A DNA stretch of 64,000 nt from Eledone cirrhosa (lineage: Eukaryota). The notes beneath the pieces were generated by a model, which did not search any database, had not been told where the DNA came from, and saw only the letters and a list, made by a program, of their open reading frames with translations. This document shows, one piece after another, positions 1-13,500 of the stretch; position 1 is the stretch's first letter; each line of letters begins with the position of its first letter. Where the stretch lies: NCBI GenBank assembly GCA_964016885.1, contig OZ024740.1, positions 415,896,001-415,960,000 on the forward strand. Reading direction: 5' to 3'. The translations under genes and the position numbers were made by a program.

Positions 1-3000
1 GAATTGCTAAATTTATTCACTACTCAAACCTTTTGAATTGCTAAATTTATTTACTACTCAAACCTTTAGAATTGCTAAATTTATTTACTATTCAAACCTT
101 TAGAATTGCTAAATTTATTTTCTAGTCACACCTTTAGAATTGCTAAATGTATTTACTACTCACACCTTTAGAATTGCTAAATTTATTTACTAATCAAACC
201 TTTAGAATTGCTAAATTAATTTACTATTCAAACCTTTAGAATTGCTAAATTTATTTTCTAGTCACACCTTTAGAATTGCTAAATGTATTTACTACTCATA
301 CCTTTAGAATTGCTAAATTTATTTACTACTCAACCTTTAGAATTGCTAAATTTATTTATTACTAAAACCTTTAGAATTGCTAAATTTATTTACTATTCAA
401 ACCTTTAGAATTGCTAAATTTATTAACTACTCAAACGTTTAGAATCGCTAAATGTATTTACTACTCAAACCTTTGGTATTGCTAAATTTATTACTAATCA
501 AACCTTTAGAATTGCTAAATTTATTAACTACTCAAACCTTTAGAATTGCTAAATTTATTTACTACTCAAACCTTTAGAATTGGTAAATTTATTTACTACT
601 CAAACCTTTAGAATTGCTAAATTTATTAACTACTCAAACCTTTAGAATTGCTAAATTTATTTACTACTCAAACCTTTAGAATTGCTAAATGTATTTACTA
701 CTAACACCTTTAGAATTGCTAAATTTATTTACTACTCAAACCTTTAGAATTGCTAAATTTATTTACTACTCAAACCTTTAGAATTGCTAAATTTATTAAC
801 TGCTCAAACCTTTAGAATTGCTAAAAGTATTTACTACTCAAACCTTTGGAATTGCTAAATTTATTTACTACTCAAACCTTTAGAATTGATAAATTTATTT
901 ACTACTCAAACCTTTAGAATTGCTAAATTTATTTACTATTCAAACCTTTAGAATTGCTAAATTTATTTACTACTCAAACCATTAGAATTGATGAATTTAT
1001 TTACTACTCAAACCTTTAGAATTGCTAAATTTATTCACTACTCAAACTTTTAGAATTGCTCAAATTATTTACTACTCAAACCTTTAGAGTTGCTAAATTT
1101 ATTTACTATTCAAACCTTTAGAATTGCTAAATTTATTTACTACTCAAACCTTTAGAATTGCTAAATTTATGAACTACTCAAACCTTTAGAATTGCTAAAT
1201 TTATTAACTACTCAAACCTTTAGAATTGCTAAATTTATTCACTACTCAAACCTTTAGAATTGCTAAATTTATTCACTACTCAAACCTTTAGAATTGCTAA
1301 ATTTATTAACTACTCAAACCTTTCGAATTGCTAAATTAATTTACTATTCAAACCTTTAGAATTGCTAAATTTATTAACTATTCAAACCTATAGAATTGCT
1401 AAAATTATTTACTACTCAAACCTTTAGAATTGCTAAATTTATTTACTATTCAAACCTTTAGAATTGATGAATTTATTTACTACTCAAACCTTTAGAATTG
1501 CTAAATTTATTTATTACTCAAACCTTTAGAATTGCTAAATTTATTACTACTCAAACCTTTAGAATTGCTAAATTTATTAACTACTCAAACCTTTAGAATT
1601 GCTAAATTTATTTACTACTCAAACCTTTAGAATTGCTCAATTTATTCACTACTCAAACCTTTAGAATTGCTAAATTTATTCACTACTCAAACCTTTTGAA
1701 TTGCTAAATTTATTTACTACTCAAACCTTTAGAATTGCTAAATTTATTTACTATTCAAACCTTTAGAATTGCTAAATTTATTTTCTAGTCACACCTTTAG
1801 AATTGCTAAATGTATTTACTACTCACACCTTTAGAATTGATAAATTTATTTACTACTCAAACCTTTAGGATTGCTAAATTTATTTACTATTCAAACCTTT
1901 AGAATTGCTAAATTTATTCACTACTCAAACCTTTAGAATTGCTAAATTTATTTACTACTCAAACCATTAGAATTGATGAATTTATTTACTACTCAAACCT
2001 TTAGAATTGCTAAATTTATTTACTACTCAAACCTTTAGAATTGCTAAATTTATTAACTACTCAAACCTTTAGAATTGCTAAATTTATTTACTACTCAAAC
2101 CTTTAGAATTGCTCAATTTATTCACTACTCAAACCTTTAGAATTGCTAAATTTATTCACTACTCAAACCTTTTGAATTGCTAAATTTATTTACTACTCAA
2201 ACCTTTAGAATTGCTAAATTTATTTACTATTCAAACCTTTAGAATTGCTAAATTTATTTTCTAGTCACACCTTTAGAATTGCTAAATGTATTTACTACTC
2301 ACACCTTTAGAATTGCTAAATTTATTTACTAATCAAACCTTTAGAATTGCTAAATTAATTTACTATTCAAACCTTTAGAATTGCTAAATTTATTTTCTAG
2401 TCACACCTTTAGAATTGCTAAATGTATTTACTACTCATACCTTTAGAATTGCTAAATTTATTTACTACTCAACCTTTAGAATTGCTAAATTTATTTATTA
2501 CTAAAACCTTTAGAATTGCTAAATTTATTTACTATTCAAACCTTTAGAATTGCTAAATTTATTAACTACTCAAACGTTTAGAATCGCTAAATGTATTTAC
2601 TACTCAAACCTTTGGTATTGCTAAATTTATTACTAATCAAACCTTTAGAATTGCTAAATTTATTAACTACTCAAACCTTTAGAATTGCTAAATTTATTTA
2701 CTACTCAAACCTTTAGAATTGGTAAATTTATTTACTACTCAAACCTTTAGAATTGCTAAATTTATTCACTATTCAATCCTTTAGAATTGCTAAATTTATT
2801 TACTACTCAAACCTTTAGAATTGCTAAATTTATTTACTACTCAAACCTTTAGAATTGCTAAATTTATTAACTACTCAAACCTTTAGAATTGCTAAATTTA
2901 TTTACTACTCAAACCTTTAGAATTGCTAAATGTATTTACTACTAACACCTTTAGAATTGCTAAATTTATTTACTACTCAAACCTTTAGAATTGCTAAATT

Positions 3001-4270
3001 TATTTACTACTCAAACCTTTAGAATTGCTAAATTTATTAACTGCTCAAACCTTTAGAATTGCTAAAAGTATTTACTACTCAAACCTTTGGAATTGCTAAA
3101 TTTATTTACTACTCAAACCTTTAGAATTGATAAATTTATTTACTACTCAAACCTTTAGAATTGCTAAATTTATTTACTATTCAAACCTTTAGAATTGCTA
3201 AATTTATTTACTACTCAAACCATTAGAATTGATGAATTTATTTACTACTCAAACCTTTAGAATTGCTAAATTTATTCACTACTCAAACTTTTAGAATTGC
3301 TCAAATTATTTACTACTCAAACCTTTAGAGTTGCTAAATTTATTTACTATTCAAACCTTTAGAATTGCTAAATTTATTTACTACTCAAACCTTTAGAATT
3401 GCTAAATTTATGAACTACTCAAACCTTTAGAATTGCTAAATTTATTAACTACTCAAACCTTTAGAATTGCTAAATTTATTCACTACTCAAACCTTTAGAA
3501 TTGCTAAATTTATTCACTACTCAAACCTTTAGAATTGCTAAATTTATTAACTACTCAAACCTTTCGAATTGCTAAATTAATTTACTATTCAAACCTTTAG
3601 AATTGCTAAATTTATTAACTATTCAAACCTATGGAATTGCTAAAATTATTTACTACTCAAACCTTTAGAATTGCTAAATTTATTTACTATTCAAACCTTT
3701 AGAATTGATGAATTTATTTACTACTCAAACCTTTAGAATTGCTAAATTTATTTATTACTCAAACCTTTAGAATTGCTAAATTTATTACTACTCAAACCTT
3801 TAGAATTGCTAAATTTATTAACTACTCAAACCTTTAGAATTGCTAAATTTATTTACTACTCAAACCTTTAGAATTGCTCAATTTATTCACTACTCAAACC
3901 TTTAGAATTGCTAAATTTATTCACTACTCAAACCTTTTGAATTGCTAAATTTATTTACTACTCAAACCTTTAGAATTGCTAAATTTATTTACTATTCAAA
4001 CCTTTAGAATTGCTAAATTTATTTTCTAGTCACACCTTTAGAATTGCTAAATGTATTTACTACTCACACCTTTAGAATTGATAAATTTATTTACTACTCA
4101 AACCTTTAGGATTGCTAAATTTATTTACTATTCAAACCTTTAGAATTGCTAAATTTATTCACTACTCAAACCTTTAGAATTGCTAAATTTATTTACTACT
4201 CAAACCATTAGAATTGATGAATTTATTTACTACTCAAACCTTTAGAATTGCTAAATTTATTTACTACTCA
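1..4270. repeat. Tandem higher-order duplication, period 2139-2241 bp (about 63-66 monomers)
   Basis: Rare markers recur in pairs: AAACGTTT CG at 436/2575 (offset 2139), GAGTTG at 1087/3328, TTCGAA at 1322/3563 and ACCTTTAGG at 1861/4102 (offset 2241). The 102-bp offset change equals 3 extra monomers in copy 2 near 2750-2850. Confidence 0.9.
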
Positions 4271-7029
4271 AACCTTTAGAATTGCTAAATTTATTCACTA
4301 CTCAAACCTTTTGAATTGCTAAATTTATTTACTACTCAAACCTTTAGAATTGCTAAATTTATTTACTATTCAAACCTTTAGAATTGCTAAATTTATTTAC
4401 TAGTCACACCTTTAGAATTGCTAAATGTATTTACTACTCACACCTTTAGAATTGCTAAATTTATTTACTAATCAAACCTTTAGAATTGCTAAATTAATTT
4501 ACTATTCAAACCTTTAGAATTGCTAAATTTATTTACTAGTCACACCTTAAGAATTGCTAAATGTATTTACTACTCATACCTTTAGAATTGCTGAATTTAT
4601 TTACTACTCAAACCTTTAGAATTGCTAAATTTATTTACTACTCAAACCTTTAGAATTGCTAAATTTATTTACTATTCAAACCTTTAGAATTGCTAAATTT
4701 ATTAACTACTCAAACCTTTAGAATCGCTAAATCTATTTACTACTCAAACCTTTGGTATTGCTAAATTTATTACTACTCAAACCTTTAGAATTGCTAAATT
4801 TATTAACTACTCAAACCTTTAGAATTGCTAAATTTATTTACTACTCAAACCTTTAGAATTGCTAAATTTATTCACTACTCAAACCTTTAGAATTGCTAAA
4901 TTTATTCACTACTCAAACTTTTAGAATTGCTCAAATTATTTACTACTCAAACCTTTAGAATTGCTAAATTTATTTACTATTCAAACCTTTAGAATTTCTA
5001 AATGTATTTACTACTCACAACTTTAGAATTGCTAAATTTATTTACTACTCAAACCTTTAGTATTGCTAAATTTATTTACTACTCAAACCTTTAGAATTGC
5101 TAAATTTATTACTACTCAAACCTTTAGAATTGCTAAATTTATTAACTACTCAAACCTTTAGAATTGCTAAATTTATTTACTACTCAAACCTTTAGAATTG
5201 CTCAATTTATTCACTACTCAAACCTTTAGAATTGCTAAATTTATTCACTACTCAAACCTTTTGAATTGCTAAATTTATTTACTACTCAAACCTTTAGAAT
5301 TGCTAAATTTATTTACTATTCAAACCTTTAGAATTGCTAAATTTATTTTCTAGTCACACCTTTAGAATTGCTAAATGTATTTACTACTCACACCTTTAGA
5401 ATTGCTAAATTTATTTACTAATCAAACCTTTAGAATTGCTAAATTAATTTACTATTCAAACCTTTAGAATTGCTAAATTTATTTTCTAGTCACACCTTTA
5501 GAATTGCTAAATGTATTTACTACTCATACCTTTAGAATTGCTCAATTTATTTACTACTCAACCTTTAGAATTGCTAAATTTATTTATTACTCAAACCTTT
5601 AGAATTGCTAAATTTATTTACTATTCAAACCTTTAGAATTGCTAAATTTATTAACTACTCAAACCTTTAGAATCGCTAAATGTATTTACTACTCAAACCT
5701 TTGGTATTGCTAAATTTATTACTACTCAAACCTTTAGAATTGCTAAATTTGTTTACTACTCAAACCTTTAGAATTGGTAAATTTATTTACTACTCAAACC
5801 TTTAGAATTGCTAAATTTATTCACTATTCAATCCTTTAGAATTGCTAAATTTATTTACTACTCAAACCTTTAGAATTGCTAAATTTATTTACTACTCAAA
5901 CCTTTAGAATTGCTAAATTTATTAACTACTCAAACCTTTAGAATTGCTAAATTTATTTACTACTCAAACCTTTAGAATTGCTACATGTATTTACTACTAA
6001 CACCTTTAGAATTGCTAAATTTATTTACTACTCAAACCTTTAGAATTGCAAAATTTATTTACTACTCAAACCTTTAGAATTGCTAAATTTATTAACTGCT
6101 CAAACCTTTAGAATTGCTAAATTTATTCACTACTCAAACTTTTAGAATTGCTCAAATCATTTAGTACTCAAACCTTTAGAATTGCTAAATTTATTTACTA
6201 TTCAAACCTTTAGAATTGCTAAATTTATTTACTACTCAAACCTTTAGAATTTCTAAATGTATTTACTACTCACAACTTTAGAATTGCTAAATTTATTTAC
6301 TACTCAAACCTTTAGTATTGCTAAATTTATTTACTACTCAAACCTTTAGAATTGCTAAATTTATTAACTATTCAAACCTTTAGAATTGATAAATTTATTT
6401 ACTACTCAAACCTTTAGAATTGCTAAATTTATTAACTACTCAAACCTTTAGAATTGCTAAATTTATTAACTACTCAAACCTTTAGAATTGCTAAATTTAT
6501 TCACTACTCAAACCTTTAGAATTGCTAAATTTATTCACTACTCAAACCTTTAGAATTGCTAAATTTATTAACTATTCAAACCTATAGAATTGCTAAAATT
6601 ATTTACTACTCAAACCTTTAGAATTGCTAAATTTATTTACTATTCAAACCATTAGAATTGATGAATTTATTTACTACTCAAACCTTTAGAATTGCTAAAT
6701 TTATTTATTACTCAAACCTTTAGAATTGCTAAATTATTACTACTCAAACCTTTAGAATTGCTAAATTTATTAACTACTCAAACCTTTAGAATTGGTAAAT
6801 TTATTTACTACTCAAACCTTTAGAATGGCTAAATTTATTCACTATTCAATCCTTTAGAATTGCTAAATTTATTAACTACTCAAACCTTTAGAATTGCTAA
6901 ATTTATTCACTACTCAAACCTTTAGAATTGCTAAATTTATTCACTACTCAAACCTTTAGAATTGCTAAATTTATTAACTATTCAAACCTATAGAATTGCT
7001 AAAATTATTTACTACTCAAACCTTTAGAA

Positions 7030-10000
7030 TTGCTAAATTTATTTATTACTCAAACCTTTAGAATTGCTAAATTTATTTACTATTCAAACGTTTAGAATCG
7101 CTAAATGTATTTACTACTCAAACCTTTGGTATTGCTAAATTTATTACTACTCAAACCTTTAGAATTGCTAAATTTATTAACTACTCAAACCTTTAGAATT
7201 GGTAAATTTATTTACTACTCAAACCTTTAGAATGGCTAAATTTATTCACTATTCAATCCTTTAGAATTGCTAAATTTATTTACTACTCAAACCTTTAGAA
7301 TTGCTAAATTTATTTACTACTCAAACCTTTAGAATTGCTAAATTTATTAACTACTCAAACCTTTAGAATTGCTAAATTTATTTACTACTCAAACCTTTAG
7401 AATTGCTAAATGTATTTACTACTAACACCTTTAGAATTGCTAAATTTATTTACTACTCAAACCTTTAGAATTGCTAAATTTATTTACTACTCAAACCTTT
7501 AGAATTGCTAAATTTATTAACTGCTCAAACCTTTAGAATTGCTAAACGTATTTACTACTCAAACCTTTGGAATTGCTAAATTTATTTACTACTCAAACCT
7601 TTAGAATTGATAAATTTATTTACTACTCAAACCTTTAGAATTGCTAAATTTATTTACTATTCAAACCTTTAGAATTGCTAAATTTATTCACTACTCAAAC
7701 CTTTAGAATTGCTAAATTTATTTACTACTCAAACCATTAGAATTGATGAATTTATTTACTACTCTAACCTTTAGAATTGCTAAATTTATTCACTACTCAA
7801 ACTTTTAGAATTGCTCAAATTATTTACTACTCAAACCTTTAGAATTGCTAAATTTATTTACTATTCAAACCTTTAGAATTGCTAAATTTATTTACTACTC
7901 AAACCTTTAGAATTTCTAAATGTATTTACTACTCACAACTTTAGAATTGCTAAATTTATTTACTACTCAAACCTTTAGTATTGCTAAATTTATTTACTAC
8001 TCAAACCTTTAGAATTGCTAAATTTATTAACTATTCAAACCTTTAGAATTGATAAATTTATTTACTACTCAAACCTTTAGAATTGCTAAATTTATGAACT
8101 ACTCAAACCTTTAGAATTGCTAAATTTATTAACTACTCAAACCTTTAGAATTGCTAAATTTATTCACTACTCAAACCTTTAGAATTGCTAAATTTATTCA
8201 CTACTCAAACCTTTAGAATTGCTAAATTTATTAACTACTCAAACCTTTAGAATTGCTAAATTAATTTACTACTCAAACCTTTAGAATTGCTAAATTTATT
8301 AACTATTCAAACCTATAGAATTGGTAAAATTATTTACTACTCAAACCTTTAGAATTGCTAAATTTATTTACTATTCAAACCTTTAGAATTGATGAATTTA
8401 TTTACTACTCAAACCTTTAGAATTGCTAAATTTATTTATTACTCAAACCTTTAGAATTGCTAAATTTATTACTACTCAAACCTTTAGAATTGCTAAATTT
8501 ATTAACTACTCAAACCTTTAGAATTGCTAAATTTATTTACTACTCAAACCTTTAGAATTGCTCAATTTATTCACTACTCAAACCTTTAGAATTGCTAAAT
8601 TTATTCACTACTCAAACCTTTTGAATTGCTAAATTTATTTACTACTCAAACCTTTAGAATTGCTAAATTTATTTACTATTCAAACCTTTAGAATTGCTAA
8701 ATTTATTTTCTAGTCACACCTTTAGAATTGCTAAATGTATTTACTATTCAAACCTTTAGAATTGTTAAATATATTTTCTAGTCACACCTTTAGAATTGCT
8801 AAATGTATTTACTACTCATACCTTTAGAATTGCTAAATTTATTTACTACTCAACCTTTAGAATTGCTAAATTTATTTATTACTCAAACCTTTAGAATTGC
8901 TAAATTTATTTACTATTCAAACGTTTAGAATCGCTAAATGTATTTACTACTCAAACCTTTGGTATTGCTAAATTTATTACTACTCAAACCTTTAGAATTG
9001 CTAAATTTATTAACTACTCAAACCTTTAGAATTGGTAAATTTATTTACTACTCAAACCTTTAGAATGGCTAAATTTATTCACTATTCAATCCTTTAGAAT
9101 TGCTAAATTTATTTACTACTCAAACCTTTAGAATTGCTAAATTTATTTACTACTCAAACCTTTAGAATTGCTAAATTTATTAACTACTCAAACCTTTAGA
9201 ATTGCTAAATTTATTTACTACTCAAACCTTTAGAATTGCTAAATGTATTTACTACTAACACCTTTAGAATTGCTAAATTTATTTACTACTCAAACCTTTA
9301 GAATTGCTAAATTTATTTACTACTCAAACCTTTAGAATTGCTAAATTTATTAACTGCTCAAACCTTTAGAATTGCTAAACGTATTTACTACTCAAACCTT
9401 TGGAATTGCTAAATTTATTTACTACTCAAACCTTTAGAATTGATAAATTTATTTACTACTCAAACCTTTAGAATTGCTAAATTTATTTACTATTCAAACC
9501 TTTAGAATTGCTAAATTTATTCACTACTCAAACCTTTAGAATTGCTAAATTTATTTACTACTCAAACCATTAGAATTGATGAATTTATTTACTACTCTAA
9601 CCTTTAGAATTGCTAAATTTATTCACTACTCAAACTTTTAGAATTGCTCAAATTATTTACTACTCAAACCTTTAGAATTGCTAAATTTATTTACTATTCA
9701 AACCTTTAGAATTGCTAAATTTATTTACTACTCAAACCTTTAGAATTTCTAAATGTATTTACTACTCACAACTTTAGAATTGCTAAATTTATTTACTACT
9801 CAAACCTTTAGTATTGCTAAATTTATTTACTACTCAAACCTTTAGAATTGCTAAATTTATTAACTATTCAAACCTTTAGAATTGATAAATTTATTTACTA
9901 CTCAAACCTTTAGAATTGCTAAATTTATGAACTACTCAAACCTTTAGAATTGCTAAATTTATTAACTACTCAAACCTTTAGAATTGCTAAATTTATTCAC

Positions 10001-10570
10001 TACTCAAACCTTTAGAATTGCTAAATTTATTCACTACTCAAACCTTTAGAATTGCTAAATTTATTAACTACTCAAACCTTTAGAATTGCTAAATTAATTT
10101 ACTACTCAAACCTTTAGAATTGCTAAATTTATTAACTATTCAAACCTATAGAATTGGTAAAATTATTTACTACTCAAACCTTTAGAATTGCTAAATTTAT
10201 TTACTATTCAAACCTTTAGAATTGATGAATTTATTTACTACTCAAACCTTTAGAATTGCTAAATTTATTTATTACTCAAACCTTTAGAATTGCTAAATTT
10301 ATTACTACTCAAACCTTTAGAATTGCTAAATTTATTAACTACTCAAACCTTTAGAATTGCTAAATTTATTTACTACTCAAACCTTTAGAATTGCTCAATT
10401 TATTCACTACTCAAACCTTTAGAATTGCTAAATTTATTCACTACTCAAACCTTTTGAATTGCTAAATTTATTTACTACTCAAACCTTTAGAATTGCTAAA
10501 TTTATTTACTATTCAAACCTTTAGAATTGCTAAATTTATTTTCTAGTCACACCTTTAGAATTGCTAAATG
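7030..10570. repeat. Tandem higher-order duplication, period 1833 bp (54 monomers)
   Basis: TATTCAAACG at 7081/8914, AATGGCT at 7231/9064 and ACTCTAACC at 7761/9594 all have offset 1833. Confidence 0.9.
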
Positions 10571-13500
10571 TATTTACTACTCACACCTTTAGAATTGATA
10601 AATTTATTTACTACTCAAACCTTTAGGATTGCTAAATTTATTTACTATTCAAACCTTTAGAATTGCTAAATTTATTTACTACTCAAACCATTAGAATTGA
10701 TGAATTTATTTACTACTCAAACCTTTAGAATTGCTAAATTTATTTACAACTCAAACCTTTAGAATTGCTAAATTTATTACTAGTCAAACCTTTAGAATTG
10801 CTAAATTTATTAACTACTCAAACCTTTAGAATTGCTAAATTTATTACTACTCAAACCTTTAGAATTGCTAAATTTATTAACTACTCAAACCTTTAGAATT
10901 GCTAAATTTATTTACTACTCAAACCTTTAGAATTGCTAAATTTATTTACTATTCAAACCTTTAGAATTGATGAATTTATTTACTACTCAAACCTTTAGAA
11001 TTGCTAAATTTATTTATTACTCAAACCTTTAGAATTGCTAAATTTATTACTACTCAAACCTTTAGAATTGCTAAATTTATTAACTACTCAAACCTTTAGA
11101 ATTGCTAAATTTATTTACTACTCAAACCTTTAGAATTGCTAAATTTATTCACTACTCAAACCTTTAGAATTGCTAAATTTATTCACTACTCAAACCTTTT
11201 GAATTGCTAAATTTATTTACTACTCAAACCTTTAGAATGCTAAATTTATTTACTATTCAAACCTTTAGAATTGCTAAATTTATTTACTAGTCACACCTTT
11301 AGAATTGCTAAATGTATTTACTACTCACACCTTTAGAATTGCTAAATTTATTTACTAATCAAACCTTTAGAATTGCTAAATTAATTTACTATTCAAACCT
11401 TTAGAATTGCTAAATTTATTTACTAGTCACACCTTTAGAATTGCTAAATGTATTTACTACTCATACCTTTAGAATTGCTAAATTTATTTACTACTCAAAC
11501 CTCTAGAATTGCTAAATTTATTTACTACTCAAACCTTTAGAATTGCTAAATTTATTTACTATTCAAACCTTTAGAATTGCTAAATTTATTAACTACTCAA
11601 ACCTTTAGAATCGCTAAATCTATTTACTACTCAAACCTTTGGTATTGCTAAATTTATTACTACTCAAACCTTTAGAATTGCTAAATTTATTAACTACTCA
11701 AACCTTTAGAATTGCTAAATTTATTAACTACTCAAACCTTTAGAATTGCTCAATTTATTCACTACTCAAACCTTTAGAATTGCTAAATTTATTCACTACT
11801 CAAACCTTTTGAATTGCTAAATTTATTTACTACTCAAACCTTTAGAATTGCTAAATTTATTTACTATTCAAACCTTTAGAATTGCTAAATTTATTTTCTA
11901 GTCACACCTTAAGAATTGCTAAATGTATTTACTACTCACACCTTTAGAATTGCTAAATTTATTTACTAATCAAACCTTTAGAATTGCTAAATTAATTTAC
12001 TATTCAAACCTTTAGAATTGCTAAATTTATTTACTAGTCACACCTTTAGAATTGCTAAATGTATTTACTACTCATACCTTTAGAATTGCTAAATTTATTT
12101 ACTACTCAAACCTTTAGAATTGCTAAATTTATTTACTACTCAAACCTTTAGAATTGCTAAATTTATTTACTATTCAAACCTTTAGAATTGCTAAATTTAT
12201 TAACTACTCAAACCTTTAGAATCGCTAAATCTATTTACTACTCAAACCTTTGGTATTGCTAAATTTATTACTACTCAAACCTTTAGAATTGCTAAATTTA
12301 TTAACTACTCAAACCTTTAGAATTGCTAAATTTATTTACTACTCAAACCTTTAGAATTGCTAAATTTATTCACTACTCAAACCTTTAGAATTGCTAAATT
12401 TATTCACTACTCAAACTTTTAGAATTGCTCAAATTATTTACTACTCAAACCTTTAGAATTGCTAAATTTATTTACTATTCAAACCTTTAGAATTGCTAAA
12501 TTTATTTACTACTCAAACCTTTAGAATTTCTAAATGTATTTACTACTCACAACTTTAGAATTGCTAAATTTATTTACTACTCAAACCTTTAGTATTGCTA
12601 AATTTATTTACTACTCAAACCTTTAGAATTGCTAAATTTATGAACTACTCAAACCTTTAGAATTGCTAAATTTATTAACTACTCAAACCTTTAGAATTGC
12701 TAAATTTATTCACTACTCAAACCTTTAGAATTGCTAAATTTATTCACTACTCAAACCTTTAGAATTGCTAAATTTATTAACTACTCAAACCTTTAGAATT
12801 GCTAAATTAATTTACTACTCAAACCTTTAGAATTGCTAAATTTATTAACTATTCAAACCTATAGAATTGGTAAAATTATTTACTACTCAAACCTTTAGAA
12901 TTGCTAAATTTATTTACTATTCAAACCTTTAGAATTGATGAATTTATTTACTACTCAAACCTTTAGAATTGCTAAATTTATTTATTACTCAAACCTTTAG
13001 AATTGCTAAATTTATTACTACTCAAACCTTTAGAATTGCTAAATTTATTAACTACTCAAACCTTTAGAATTGCTAAATTTATTTACTACTCAAACCTTTA
13101 GAATTGCTCAATTTATTCACTACTCAAACCTTTAGAATTGCTAAATTTATTCACTACTCAAACCTTTTGAATTGCTAAATTTATTTACTACTCAAACCTT
13201 TAGAATTGCTAAATTTATTTACTATTCAAACCTTTAGAATTGCTAAATTTATTTTCTAGTCACACCTTTAGAATTGCTAAATGTATTTACTACTCACACC
13301 TTTAGAATTGATAAATTTATTTACTACTCAAACCTTTAGGATTGCTAAATTTATTTACTATTCAAACCTTTAGAATTGCTAAATTTATTTACTACTCAAA
13401 CCATTAGAATTGATGAATTTATTTACTACTCAAACCTTTAGAATTGCTAAATTTATTTACAACTCAAACCTTTAGAATTGCTAAATTTATTACTAGTCAA

